Shown here: positions 12,421 to 25,930 of the stretch, one piece after another
Numbering within the stretch: position 1 is the first letter of the stretch
Layout: each line of letters begins with the position of its first letter
From: Octopus bimaculoides
Lineage: Eukaryota
Direction of reading: 5' to 3'
Assembly: GCF_001194135.2 (NCBI RefSeq)
Contig: NC_068998.1
Location: 24,282,325 to 24,346,324, forward strand
DNA length: 64,000 nucleotides
Notes under the pieces: model-generated
Seen by the model: only the letters and a program-made list of their open reading frames with translations
Told to the model about the DNA's origin: nothing
Database searches by the model: none
Position numbers and translations under genes: made by a program

Positions 12421-13231
12421 TTTTGCATTGTATTGATGACCAGGAGTTTGAGTCCAGAGTGATGCATTCCAAGTAAATATGCAGTGAGGAACAAAAGATG
12501 TGACAGTAATTAACACTATTTTTATTTTTCCAGCAAGTACAAGAAACTGAACCATGTTTTTAAGCTTAGTCTCACTTCTCAGCTCTGGGCTAACAAATGC
12601 CTTGCAAGTGAGTTTGGTAGTTGAAAACTGTGCAGAAACCTGCCATATATGTGTGTGTGGGTGTATGACTGTATGTGTGAATGCATGTGTGTGTGTGTGT
12701 GTGTGTGATTTTGTTTCTCATCATTTGACTATGGGTATTAGTTTATTTTAGTCCCTGTAACTTAGCAGTTTTGGGGGCAAAAGATGCCAACAGAGTATCT
12801 ACCAGAATTTGTATATTTGGGTGTATATATGTATGCATGTATAGATGTATATATATCACTTAGGCATTGTGTGACCTAGTGTAAAACTCAATATACATAT
12901 AATTCAGAATAAAGTGTTAGAGGAGTACAGAGTAGTAATAAGAAAAAGACATGACAAAGGGAAAAGATGGCTATGTTATGAATTTCATTAGCATACAGCT
13001 GTTTCTAAAAAAAGGTGCAGTGGACTCCTAGTTGAGTGACTGAATAACATCCTATATCTTTATTGAAGACTCTGGTATTCAAGGCTCTGATGAAGCTATA
13101 AGGTGTTAGTCAGGCACTCAACTATGAGTCAATTGCAAACTTATAACAGAAACAGCTGTAAGCTAATGAAACGCATGACATAACCATCTTTTACTTTGTC
13201 ATCTCTTCTTCTTATATATTTATATAAATAT

Positions 13232-13888
13232 CATCATCATCATCATCATTTAATGTCCATTGTCCATATTGACATGGTCTGGATGGTTTGACCAGAGTTA
13301 GCAAGCTGGAGAGCTGTGCCAGATTACAGTCTGATTGGGCATAGTTTCTACAGCTGGATGCTCTTCCTAACACCGACCACTTTTCAGAGTGAGCTGGATG
13401 CTTTTATGTGACACCACACAGTTGCTTTCACGTGGCACTACACAGTTGTTTTTAATTGGCACTGCAGAGTCACTTTTACATGGCATTACATAGACACTTT
13501 TACATGACTCTGCCACAAGAGCTTTTCACCACCAGAAAGGCTGGTCTTAACACTTCTGTGGCAGAGTATGGGTCTCCTTGAGTACAGCAAGGTGCCAGGC
13601 ATCTCAGTCCTTTGTCATCTCACCTAAAAGCTTCAGCATCCTGAGGTCATTCTTTAGTATTTCATCTCATGTCTTCTTGGGTCTTCCACTTCCACATGTT
13701 CAATCTACTTTGAGAGATCAGCATTTCTTTATGGAGCTGATGACATCCATCCACATCACATGACCAAACCAGAGCAGTTTTCTATCATGCACGCACCAAC
13801 TAATTCCTCTTATGCCTAACTTCTCTCTCAAAACACTCTCACTTTATTGATCATGTACACTTCCATTATACATCCAGCAGAGCATACT

Positions 13889-13890
<2 letters not shown>
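13232..13890 (-). mobile_element. 5'-truncated RTE LINE: ORF C-terminus, 3' UTR and (GAT)n tail
   Basis: Minus strand at about 13580-13880 gives ...LREKLGIRGI...WFGHVMWMD...GSGRPKKT*DE, the RTE C-terminus, contiguous with the CAT-tailed repeat. Confidence 0.8.
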
Positions 13891-13942
<52 letters not shown>

Positions 13943-13952
13943 NNNNNNNNNN
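13943..13952. other. Assembly gap (10 N) after (TC)n
   Basis: Run of N. Confidence 1.
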
Positions 13953-14073
13953 GGAATCAACCTCAGGACTTATGTTTTTAAGCCCAGTACTTATTCAATC
14001 AGTCTCTTTTGTCGAACCGTTAAGTTTTGGGGACATAAACACAACACTGGTTGTGGAGAACAGAGACAGACAT

Positions 14074-14140
<67 letters not shown>

Positions 14141-14571
14141 AATGTAAGATCCAATGATTAAGATGTAGGAAGAAAGTTAGCTTCAAGCCATCTGCAGTAA
14201 ATATAAAAAACACCTTTCAGGAATGATAGTGGTTTATCAAGGTAGAACGTTGTGGATTTTTCCCTATCAAAATATTTATAAGATGGAAAAAATTATTTTT
14301 ATACTTCACTATAGGCAGTCAGGATTGCTGGGTATGTGAATAAGAATACAATAGTTAAAGAATGGAGTAGGATCCAATCTACATATGTTTCATAGCAAGT
14401 GAAACCTCAGAAGTAGTAAATATCCAAGTGAGGTGTATACGGCAGGTTTACTCATCAGGCCAAAGGTATCTTGATTAAATAAAATTTTACATTGTTGCAA
14501 GGAAGTACATGTTAACACACAGATTCAATCAGAATGTGTAGAGAGCATGGTAAGAGTAAAGAATATAAATC

Positions 14572-14845
14572 ATCATCATCATCATCGTTTAACGTCCACT
14601 TTCCATGCTAGCATGGGTTGGATGATTTGACTGAGGACTGGTGAAACCGGATGGCAACACCAGGCTCCAATCTAATCTGGTAGAGTTTCTACAGCCGGAT
14701 GCCCTTCCTAACGCCAACCACTCAGAGAGTGTAGTGGGTGCTTTTACGTGTCACCCGCACGAGGGCCAGTCAGGCGGTACTGGCAACGGCCATGCTCAAA
14801 ATGGTGTCTTTTATGTGCCACCCGCACAAGAGCCAGTCCAGGGGC
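14572..14845 (-). mobile_element. Well-preserved RTE-LINE 3' end
   Basis: CATCATCATCGTTTAACGTCCACTTTCCATGCTAGCATGGGTTGG...GTTTCTACAGCCGGATGCCCTTCCTAACGCCAACC; similar copies at 15140-15445(-), 28500-28680(-) and 45980-46175(+). Confidence 0.75.
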
Positions 14846-15953
14846 AAATTAGTAATATAAGAAAGAAAATAGAAAAGAAAAAAAGGAATAAAGACATCAG
14901 GGAGTGGGAGAGTTAAGGAATTTAAGCAAGGTCATTTGACCAGTAGTTTTTGATAGTGTAGAGATTTGCAAAGGGAGTAGCATTTGAAAAAAAAGATAAT
15001 GTGGAGGGGAGAGGGAGAAGAAACAACTGTGGTCAAGAGGGAGAAAAATGTATGCTTAAAGTGAGGAGTAGTATTAGAATTGAAATTCAAGGCAGAATGG
15101 AGTGTAATTGTAGTAAATATTACCAGCTAGAAATTAAGGAATGTATATTGTTTTGTGGCTGTTTCTCATGCTGGCATGGGCTGGGCAGTTTGACTGAAAA
15201 CTGGTAAGCTGGTGAGCTGCAGCAGGTTTCAGTCTGATTAGGTATGGTTTCTACAGCTGGATGCCCTTCCTCATGCCAGCCACTCCAAAAGTACAGTGGG
15301 TGTGTTTTACATGCCATCAGCATGGGTGCCAGATACGAAACACTAGCATCGGCCATGACTATGATTTCACGTGGTTTGACAGGTGTTCTCAAGCACGATA
15401 TATTGCCAAAGGTCTAGCTCACTTGTCATTGCCTCCATGAGGTCCAAAGTTTGAAGGGTACTTCATATATACAAAATATATATATATACTGAGGCTAATT
15501 GGTTCAACTGAATCATTCAAGTTGGTGTTTCAACTTGGTTGCAGTCTAAAGACTAAAACAAATAAAAATGAATCTAAGAATATGTTTATCTGAGACATTC
15601 TACAAACTGTGGTTCACATCACTTATGCTGATGAACAAGCAACTTTTTGCTGATGCCATTGCCTTGCCAATGGTGTATTTTTGCTATAGGGAATGCAGCA
15701 GAAAAATGTATATTACAAGAAAAGTCAGTGTTTCATTTTCTATCTGATATTTGAGCGGGTCTGGAAAATTCTGGTGATATTTATAGCATGGCAATCACAA
15801 GTCTATTTGTTTATAAAGATTTCTTTAGTTTCAATTTCCTTTCCACAACTACAGGCATCTGTGGTATCATTGTTTTTGTCATCTACAGTAAAATTGAAAC
15901 ATTCTGATTCAGTATATTCAATATATAGTTCTTATCGGAACTAATTGTTGTTG

Positions 15954-16458
15954 GTTGGGAAGAACATCGTGTTATTTTTGAAAACTGTGCAAGAGAAAAA
16001 AAAAAAAATATTAAATTATCTATTATAAGTAAAGTTGCCAAAAATATTTGTATAAATTGCAAAACTAATTTTTTTTATCTGATTAGTCAATATAAATTTT
16101 CTTCGCAACCAAATATAAGCACCAATAAAATAAGTTTTAGAAGGAGATGTAGAATCGCAAGATATTTTGAGATTAACAAAATATTTTTCTCACCAGAGTT
16201 ATCATGTTATTAGGGCGCAAATACTCTCTTAATTATTGTAGTATATATATCATGATTGAACCATTTTTAGTTAAGAATCTTGTTTAAACATCTTCAATTC
16301 ATTGAGCTCTCAATCAATAGCCAGCTTCTTTGGGGATTGCACTCAAGGTGGTATAGTTCCCCATTCTCCTAATATAACATGAATTTCTTTCTTTCTCTCT
16401 TTCTCTCTCTTTATGTAAATATGTTACCCTTCTGGTTTAGCCCCAGATCAGCTCTATG
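15954..16458 (+). repeat. Left arm of a ~500-bp inverted duplication
   Basis: Reverse complement aligns with 18027-18455 and 17669-17710; shared blocks include AGTGCAATCCCCAAAGAAGCT, GAGAGCTCAATGAATT, ATGGTTCAATCATGATATA and ATAACTCTGGTGAGAAAA. Confidence 0.9.
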
Positions 16459-17668
16459 CAGATCTATAATCAAATATGTACCATCTACAGCCATTTCAAT
16501 TTAATTTTCTTCTTCCTTGATTTTCTTCTTGCTCTTCTCTTTCTTTTCCTTCTCCTCCTCCATGGCAGACTTAATTGTTGCCTGATTTAACACCACCCTC
16601 TCGTCCTTATGTTCATTTAACAGTTTATTTTGTTGCAAGCATTCAAGCTAACTTTCTGATTTCAGAATAACTTCACTCCTTCATTCCACTAGTCATGATC
16701 TCTTGAGAAGGATCAAGACACTGCTCTTCATCCACTGAGAGAGTTGTTTTTTTAAAAAAAAAAACAACTTTGTATTATTTACAAACTTACATTTAGTACA
16801 TGAAACAAAACATTAAATATATAAAATTATGAAAATCTTTCCCATGGCTGTGTAGGAAGATGCTTGCTTTCTTACCACATGGTTCTAGGTTCAGTTCCAC
16901 TGCATGGCACCTTGGACAAATGTCTTCTACTATAGCCTTGGGTCAACAAAATCCTTGTGAGTGGATTTCGTGGACAGAAACTGAAAGATAGCCATCACAT
17001 GTGTGTGTGTGTGTGTGTGTGTGCATGTGTTTGTGCCTTACAACTCTCTAACAACTGATATTGGTTTGTTTTCATCCCCATAATTAAGTGGCTCAGTAAA
17101 TGACACTGACAGTATAAGTACCAGGCTTTAAAAAATAAGCCCTAAGGTCAATTCATTTGACAAAAAAACATTCTTTGAGGTAGTGCCCCAGCGTGGTCAC
17201 AGTCTAATGACTGAAACAAGTAAAAGATAAAAACAAATCATTTAAACTGAAATAACGTTGTTTGTCAGAATTTTAAGAATACTCAAACAATTTGGAAACT
17301 AAATTTCTTCTTATGAATACTGAAAAGACAATTCTTGCAAAAGTTCTTATTTTATTATCTCTTATCCTATTAACTTTTATTTATTTCAGTCACTGGACTG
17401 TGGCCATGCTATTGCACTGCTTTAAAGGGTTATAGCTAAACAAATTGACTCTAGTTCTTATTTTTCAGTACAGGGATATAAACAAACCAATGCCAGTTGT
17501 CAAGTGGTGGTGGGGAACAAACACAAACAGACACGCTCACACAAATATATTAATATATGACAGGTTTCTTTCAGTTTCTGTCTACCAAATCCACTCACAA
17601 GAGTTTGGTTAGCTTGGGGTTATAGCAAAAGATATTTGCATGGGGTTATAGTAAATAAAAAAAACACA

Positions 17669-18455
17669 CATAGAACTGATCTGGGGCTAAACAACAAAAG
17701 TAACATATTGAGAGAGACAGACAGACAGACAGAGACAGAGACAGAGAGCTGACAGAGATAGTGAGAAGGTGGCGATCTGGCAAAAATGTTGGCACCCTGG
17801 GCGACATGCTTAGCGGTATTTCATCTGCTGCTACGTTTTGAGTTCAAATTCCGCCGAGGTTGACTTTGCCTTTCATCCTTTTGGAGTCAATTAAATAAGT
17901 ACCAGTTATGCACTGGGATCGATATAATCGACTTAATCCGTTTGTCTGTCCTTGTTTGTCCCCTTTGTGTGTAGCCCCTTGTGAGCAGTAAAGAAATACG
18001 ACAGAGAGAGAGTGAGAGAAAAAGAGATTCATGTTATCTTATAATAGGAGAATGGTGAACAATGCTACCTTCAGTGCAATCCCCAAAGAAGCTAGCTATT
18101 GATGGAGAGCTCAATGAATTACAGATGTTTAAATAAGACTCTTAACTAATAATGGTTCAATCATGATATATACTACAATAATTAAGAGACTATCTGTACC
18201 CTAATAACACAATAACTCTGGTGAGAAAAGTATTTGTTAATCTCAAAATATTTTGTGATTCTACATTTCCTTCTAAAATTTATTTTATTGGTGGTTATAT
18301 TTGGCTGCAAAGAAAATTTATGAGATTGACTAATCAGATAGAAAAAAATTAGTTTTGTGATTTATACAAATATTTTTGGCATCTTTACTTATAATACCTA
18401 ATTTAATTTTTTTTTCTCCAGCATATTTTTCAAAAATAACAATGAATTTCCCAAC
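17669..18455 (-). repeat. Right arm of the inverted duplication, interrupted by a family A SINE
   Basis: Aligns with the left arm; SINE at 17768-17998 sits in the GA-rich stretch of the arm. Confidence 0.9.
17768..17998 (+). mobile_element. Young full-length family A SINE
   Basis: GGTGGCGATCTGGCAAAAATGTTGGCAC...GAGTTCAAATTCCGCCGAGGTTGACTTTGCCTTTCATCC...GTAAAGAAATA; imperfect flanking duplication GACAGAGATAGTGAGAA / GACAGAGAGAGAGTGAGAGAA. Confidence 0.9.
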
Positions 18456-19187
18456 AAGACCACAGTGCTTCAGGACGGAACCCAAACACATGTGGTTGTG
18501 AAACAAGCTTCTTACCACATATCCATGCCTTTCCTATCATGAGCAGCACCAAAATATTGATTTCGAATTTTGGCACAAGTCTAGCAAGTTTGGGGGTGTG
18601 AGTCAATTACATTGGCCTCAGTGATTGACTGCTACTCATTTTATCAACCTTGAAAAGATGAAAGATAAAGCCATCCTCAGCAAATTTAAATGCAGAATGT
18701 AAAGACAGATGAAATGCCACTAAACATTTTGCCCAGCATACTGACTCTGCCAGTTCTCCAACTTATGCAACACCAAAATATTAATTACAGTTTGAATAGA
18801 GATGAGGCTTACTTCTCTAGAGACTAAATTAACCAGAAATTATTGCTGGTATTTCTTTTAAGCTCAAAGAGAATAAACGAAAATGCATAATGCAGGTATG
18901 ATTTGAACCCAGAATACTGAAAGGCAAAAAAACTACAGTGAAATATCTAATCTGGTATTTTTACCTTTTAGTTGTTTCAGTCAGTAGATAGTGGTCATGT
19001 TGGGGCACCACTTTGAAATGTTTAGGACTTATATTTTTAGTATGGTACTTATCCTTATATTTTATTTATTTATTTATAATTTTTTTGGTGAACTTCTATA
19101 TTATGGGGACATACACAAACCAACACCAGTTGTCAAGCAGTATGGTGGGGGACAAATATGAATACAAATACACATCCACACACACAA

Positions 19188-19224
<37 letters not shown>

Positions 19225-20989
19225 GTGTGTCAAACAGGTTTCTGCAATTTCCATCTACCGAACTCACTCACAAGCCATCATTTGATCTGAGGCTGATGCT
19301 TGCCCTAGGTGCTGTACAGTGATACTGAACTGGAAATTACATGTGAAGCAAGATTTTGAACCCCCACCACTACCTCCTCCTCCTTCTCCTCTTTTTTCAC
19401 TAAATATGCATTGAAGATAACAAAATCTTGCTTAAGAAAGAGAAATCTGTCAGAAAGAGGAAGAAAAACATTTTAGAGAAATTTCATATAAAATGCTATC
19501 AACCACCCCAGAATAATAACAGAGGGATCAGGTACAGTTTAGATTAGCTAAAATTATAGCACTGATCAAGTTGCTAGCAAATAGGGAGAAAAAAGTCAGA
19601 GAAAGGAGTACTTATTTTTCTGGTACCCAATCCCAACACACAAAAGACTTTGAGGACATGAATTGAAATTCACAGAGTTGTGTGGAGACATGACCGCTGT
19701 GCTTCAGGTTAAGTCAGATATGGTGGCATGAGTCATTGCAACACATTTCTGCATCCACCATTTGTCAGTATTTGCTTGGTTCATCCTGAGCAGTGTCCTA
19801 GTCATTCCAACCAGTATCGCAGTCAGTTCCTATGAGTTACCCTAACTGGATTCTCAGAGAAGAGAACACAGTACACAGGATCCAACTTGAAAAATTGAGC
19901 AACGTGAACAAACAGTTCAAGCTGATGTTCATAATCATACAATAACACATTCCAGCTTTTGAGTAGAGTCTTTGGTTGGAAATGAAATCCAACCAATGAT
20001 AGCCCATAATCCTGGAACTGAAGAAATGACAAGAAGAATTGAAGAAAGGGAAAAGTAAGATCTAAAGATAGGATAAGTTACTTTATGCATTATTCTATCT
20101 AATTCCTCACAGCAAAGCCATAAAATACAATTTTTAAGATAGGTTCTCTGAAGAAAGAAATAGATGAGATTTGTGAGAAGATGTTTATCATAGAGACATA
20201 CGTTAACTTAGTGGTTATCAGAATGGGTGAGGGTAACAAGGTTTGTTTAAGTGGTTTGTTACTTTGGAAAGACCCAATGTCTTGTACTCTAGAGACAATA
20301 ACAATTTAGAGAAGGATTAATGACTTGCTCATGTCAAGAGTTTAAAGCAAGGGTTTAGGAAAATATGACACTCATTGGAGCATTTAATTTTCAAGTTAAG
20401 GTTACTTCCTTGGTAATCAATTTTATTTTGGTCTCTGAAATCATTGTGATGAGAATTAGTGTTTAGAATGAATTCAAGCTTTTATATATGTACATATTTA
20501 AAGCCCATGACATCTTTAAGAATGTAGGCGATAAATTTTCTTAGATGTTGTATGAAACCCTGGAGATAGATTAATTTCAAGTAACCCTGGGGAAAGGAAA
20601 CAGCAGCTAAGAAACTTTCTTTGTGCTTTCTCAAAGATGTATTGACTTGGATAAGTAATAATATTGGTAAGACAAAACTGATATAGCAAAGATGATATTT
20701 TGTTAAGAAGTTAGATAAGCCATGGCTCACAATGATCTGTAAAGTAAATAGATCATGGAGATTGATACATGGGAATGTCCTCTATAAAAGCAAGTACTCC
20801 ATGACAGTATAAAACAGGAAACATTAAAACAGTGAAATGACATTTAGAAAATAGATAAAGCTATTATGCAACAAGAGGATAATTCTCATGTTGAGAGCAG
20901 TGCTCCTCAGAGAATGACAGGAGGTAATCTGTGTAGAATCTCTAAATTGTGTGGTACCACTATGATTGAAGATAAAAGAAGTAAGGAAA

Positions 20990-21450
20990 GAGTAACATCA
21001 AAGGAAGAGAATGGTAGGATGAGAATAGAGTAAGGTTCAGTTAGAAGCAAAGTCTAGTAAAATGTTAGGGCAAAGTGACATGAAGTGGAAAGGCACAGGG
21101 CAGAGAAATGTGATAGTAAGATACAAGAAGTAGTTACGGAACAAGGTATAGAAAACAAGTATGAAGTGAAAAAGTAGTGAGCAAGATATAGCAAGGTATA
21201 GGAAGTGAGCTGCAAATTGGTGGTAAGGATGTAATAAGATGGCAAGGTGTAAGATATGAAAAGTTGATATGGGAGGAGGCATCGTAAGGTGGTAAAGTGA
21301 AAGGTATTTTAAAGTAGCAGAGATCAAGGTATGATAAACAGTAAGGTGGTAAGAAGTAAAGTATACTATGGTGACAGAGTGTAAGATATCATAATCTGGT
21401 TGAAAGTAAAGCTTATTTATGGCTGTAGGGAAGAAGGTATAGTAAGATAG
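20990..21450 (+). repeat. Purine-rich degenerate short tandem repeat (AAGGTATAG-like)
   Basis: AAGGT(A/G)T/AAGATAT motifs recur; strong purine skew. Confidence 0.55.
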
Positions 21451-21459
21451 CAACATCAT

Positions 21460-21935
21460 CATCCTTCTCCTCATCACTTAATGTCTGTTCTCCATGCTGG
21501 CATGGGTTGGACGGTTTGACAGGAGCTGGCCAGCTGAAGATCTGCCTAGGCCCTATGTCTGTTTTGCGATAGTTTCTACAGCTAGATGCCCTACATAATG
21601 CCAACTACTTTACATGGTGTACTGTGTGCTTTTATGTGGCACCACCACAGGTGCTTATTACATGGTAGTGGCACCCACAAGCTCACAAGATTAGGATCAC
21701 TCAGCTGAAGAGGGATGCTGGGGACATGCCTGTATGCTAGGACAACCATGACTTTACTTAGCTTAGTGTGTCTTTTCAAGCACAGCAAACCACTATAAGT
21801 CTCAATCCCTTGTCATTCCCTCTGTGAGGCCCAACATCTGAAGATCCTTTCTCACCACTTCGCCCAATGTATTCCTGGGACTACCCCCTCATAGGTTCAT
21901 AATGTGACAACACTCGTGAAAATGTAATCCATGGA
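21460..21935 (-). mobile_element. 5'-truncated RTE LINE 3' end
   Basis: Same 3' UTR family as 14572; ORF-end homology around CCTTTCTCACCACTTCGCCCAATGTATTCCTGGGACTACC (minus strand ...PRNTLGEVVRKDL). Confidence 0.75.
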
Positions 21936-22064
21936 TCAAGGAAGCACTTGTGTGTTGATCCAGATATCAAGCTATTCGCAAACATGTACATCTTATAGGT
22001 GATACTGTATTTCACTTATATAACAAAACATTATATTATGTTCTTAGTATAATGAAGATACGTA

Positions 22065-22360
22065 GTTTAGTGGTTAGGGTATTTGGCTCCAGGTCATAAA
22101 GTCACGAGTTCAATACCCAGCAGCATGTTGTGTCCTTGAGCAAAGCATGTTGTTTCTCAGTGCTCCAGTCTACTCAGATGGCCAAGCTGAGTAGTATCTG
22201 TATTTCAAAGGGTCAACCTAGTCACATTGTGTGTCAAGCTGAATTTCCCTAAGGGTAAGTGTGTCTGTGGAATGCTCAGCCACTTGCACATTTTAATTTC
22301 ACAAGTAGGCTGTTCTGCTGATCGGCTCAGCTGGAACCCTCGTGCCAGTGCCAGTTTTCT
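22065..22360 (+). mobile_element. Family C-like SINE
   Basis: TAGTGGTTAGGGTATTTGGCTC...GAGTTCAATACCC...GTGTCCTTGAGCAAAGC; sister copy at 36015-36330. Confidence 0.75.
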
Positions 22361-23259
22361 ATGTTCATAGTGTATTGGATAAAGTTTGGTAGAGGTGCAG
22401 ATTTGGTTATTGAAATCATTAAGTAACTTCAGGAAGGTAGCAAGCAAGAGGAAAGGTTAGTACACCAGACAAAATGTTTAGTGGCAATTCATCTGCTTTT
22501 ACATTCTGAGTTCAAATTCTGCAGAAGTCAGCTTTGCCATTCATCCTTTCATGGTCGATAAAATTAGCACCAGTCGATGTAACTGACTAGGTCCTCCCCA
22601 CAAATTTCAGGCTTTGTGCCTATGAAGGAATTATTATTTAACCTCAGATCAGACTTGACTTGAGTGAGTCTGTGATGAAAGGCTTTCCATTTTGACTCTT
22701 CCCTTCCTTCTTTCACATATTGCTTATCTAGGACTTCATTATGCAATGTGTCTTTTCCTTTTCAAGATAGTAGGGTGCAACATGAGGAAAGTTTGGCCAT
22801 TTTCTTTAGCACAGTGAATAATCAAGTAGAAGCCTTCTGGTTGGCTTATGGAATTTAAATGGTTAATATCAAAGAAATGAGTTTTAGAAATCATTGCAAG
22901 GGTCAGTTAAAATCATTGTAAAAGTAAATGTGATTCATAGACCATATTTCCATGTGTTGTCACATAATGCTATGCACCAACACAGAAAGAACATTTCCAC
23001 TTTGAACCAAAAAAGTACCCTAAGCTTGGGTACCCAATCTATGAGATAAGGTAAAAGGGACAAATTTGACATCTAGAGCTGGTGCATTTGAATGTTCTGA
23101 AATTAGCATGTCTAAGGTATTGGATTTCTAGACAAAAGTGTCATTTAAGTTTTATCTGTTTTGTATAGGAGATGATAATGTTTGGATAAAATGTGGCAAG
23201 GAGTTTCTGAATTTAAATATAGAACATAGAAATTGCAGAGAAAGAAGAGCTCACCTCAT

Positions 23260-23480
23260 CTCATCTTCTTCCCCCACTCATCTTTGGAAAGGCTGTGGGG
23301 CAATGTAATCAAGCATGCCTTCCACCAGATACTGTCTGAAGCAGCAATCACTAATGTGAGACAAACCAAACTCATAGATGTTATCCAACCATCTTGCTCA
23401 TGGTCTATGCTTGAGTCTCTTGCTGGTTGATTTGCCTGTAAAGCCTGTCCAGTGACTCTTCCCTGCAACATTCTTACCAC
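23260..23480 (-). pseudogene. RTE LINE C-terminal relic
   Basis: MLQGRVTG... and HRP*ARWLDNI in adjacent frames resemble RTE ...G-x-R-x-R-G-R-P-x-x-R-W-L-D-N-I. Confidence 0.5.
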
Positions 23481-23721
23481 ATGTTTGTAGTATCAAGTGT
23501 GTGATCTCTCAATTCAGAGAAGCAGCTCTACATGGAGCACTAAAAAGGAAAAATTAAAAGTAAAGTAAATACCCGTTTTAGCATTTGCTAGGAGTTGATG
23601 CAGGAATGTGTTTACTGCTAGCTTGAGCACAGTAGAGAAGAGCATCAACACTGAAAGTAACCTGTAAACCATTGCATAGGTAGAACAACATTGAGTGAAA
23701 ACTGTTAGCCATTCCATGTTA

Positions 23722-24050
23722 AGGGTAAAGACCACCTTTGGTCACAAATGACCATGGGATTGCACCTAGAAGGATCCCCTCTAAAGCTGTTTAGTAGAAG
23801 ACCAACAGTTGCTCATGCCTACCAGTCTTCCCTCTCCATGCCATTGATGTTGTCCAAAGGAAAGGCAAAGGCTGATTGATACAGCTCAGCACCAGTGATG
23901 TCACAACTCATTTCTACAACTGAGTGAACTGGGACAACATGATATAAAGTGTTTTGCTCTAGAACACAACTCACAGCCCTATCTAGGAATCAAAATCACA
24001 ACCTCATGTTTTGTAAGCCTGACACCCTAACCACTGAGCCATGCACTTCA
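23722..24050 (-). mobile_element. Family C SINE
   Basis: Reverse complement of the 677-992 body. Confidence 0.75.
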
Positions 24051-24685
24051 CAAACCATTACATAGAGACATGATAATTACATCATAAATTGAGGGAGCCT
24101 TAGTATGATTGCTTACTCTGCTAAAAAAAATAGCTAAGAAATAATACTCACAATTCACTGGGTAATGAAGTCTTGGTAATAATTAGTGTATCTGAAAAAC
24201 TAAAAATGGTCATGGCGACAAACACTTGAATTATTGGTCTACTTGATTAGAGCTGATCTAATCTATGGCTAATCAATAGCTACAACAGCATTTACATGCT
24301 GGAAACATTTACATCAAGTATAGTCAGACACACCCAAAAGTCCATTAAACTATGATAGTGAAACTGGAAGAGGAAGTTATATGAGTGTAAACAAAGGGTA
24401 CAGAGCAAAAACAGAGAAAAATAAAGAAAAATAAAGAGGAAAATTCTGCTGTTCACAATGTAGGTGTGGGCTAAATGGAGAGAATAAGAGTAATGTTACT
24501 TTTATTAAATCTGTTTTATTGGAAATAATATTGATGAAAATCTTTGAAAATTTAGGATAAACATCTATTTTACTGTACATATTTCATATGCATATATATA
24601 AGTATAAAAACGAGTGTGTGAGTATGAATGGATGTACATGTGTGTGTATGCATGTATGTAGTTTATATATATACACACATAACAT

Positions 24686-24695
24686 NNNNNNNNNN
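24686..24695. other. Assembly gap (10 N)
   Basis: Run of N. Confidence 1.
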
Positions 24696-24733
<38 letters not shown>

Positions 24734-25563
24734 ATAGAGAGAAAGAGGGAGGGAAGCATATTTTTCATATAATTTTGTTTTACTTTTACCTTCGATAAAA
24801 TCAAATGAAAAACAAAATGATATTTGTACGCCATGTTCCTGGAAGTTATCAGGAAGCGATGGAGTGGGTGGTGGTGGTGGGCATGAAGTATATGTGTGTG
24901 CACAAGCATGTATGAGTGTGTGTTTGTGTGTGTATGTGTGTCTGGGTTGGTTGGTGGATGGGTGAAAGAATCTAATAAATATTTAATAACGAAAGGTAAA
25001 GATTGGAAGAATGATAATATCTTATATTTCTGTCAGATGGCAACAAACTCCTCTAAAAGAGAAAACACTTATATTAATGCAACACAGCATTGGAAATATA
25101 TCACTGTTTAATAAAAAGTGTCTAAAGTTGTTGGTATTGATTACGTTGTCTGAACAGATTTTATTGAACACTAACACATTGTTGTCTAAAAATAATATTG
25201 CAAAATAATAAATTAAAAAAAAAAAAAAATTAAGGTTAAGAGATTAAGGGAGACAACTTTTTTAAAAAGAAAAAAATCACCCCTAAAATAAAGAGTTTCT
25301 TCCATCCAAACACAGATGTCATCGAAATATTTTTGTAAATGGTATTTTAGAGAAGAAAAATCAATTGTTGAGGCGAATGATCGTAAATGTACATTTTTCA
25401 ATGCATAATTGGAAGAATGAGAAATAAATATTTTTAGAAAATGGAAATCAGACATTTTAATGATTGCAATATTTTCAGACTTAAAGGATGGAGAGTTTAT
25501 TTTAGCTTGAAATAATATATAAGTGAGCTTATTTAACAAAAAGGAAAAAAAGAAAAAAAAAAA

Positions 25564-25930
25564 NNNNNNNNNNNNNNNNNNNNNNNNNNNNNNNNNNNNN
25601 NNNNNNNNNNNNNNNNNNNNNNNNNNNNNNNNNNNNNNNNNNNNNNNNNNNNNNNNNNNNNNNNNNNNNNNNNNNNNNNNNNNNNNNNNNNNNNNNNNNN
25701 NNNNNNNNNNNNNNNNNNNNNNNNNNNNNNNNNNNNNNNNNNNNNNNNNNNNNNNNNNNNNNNNNNNNNNNNNNNNNNNNNNNNNNNNNNNNNNNNNNNN
25801 NNNNNNNNNNNNNNNNNNNNNNNNNNNNNNNNNNNNNNNNNNNNNNNNNNNNNNNNNNNNNNNNNNNNNNNNNNNNNNNNNNNNNNNNNNNNNNNNNNNN
25901 NNNNNNNNNNNNNNNNNNNNNNNNNNNNNN
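25564..25930. other. Assembly gap (367 N)
   Basis: Run of N. Confidence 1.

Noticed and set aside
11487-12494. Poly-Val, poly-Leu and poly-Ile ORFs resembling membrane or mucin proteins
   Set aside because: Trinucleotide repeats with no splice or homology support
12534-12607. Apparent plus-strand exon KYKKLNHVFKLSLTSQLWANKCLA with strong splice sites
   Set aside because: The 3' half and the donor derive from a decayed family B SINE; exonisation is possible but unsupported
15550-15950. SWIM-finger or MULE relic (CSCG...TCDCH) on the minus strand
   Set aside because: Too many stops and too little motif match to support a call
19840-20020. Minus-strand exon-like ORF FQDYGLSLVGFHF...ENPVR
   Set aside because: No recognisable homology, and the opposite strand through about 20700 has hints of a decayed LINE endonuclease (LIGAFNF, similar to GDFN), so a transposon origin is at least as likely
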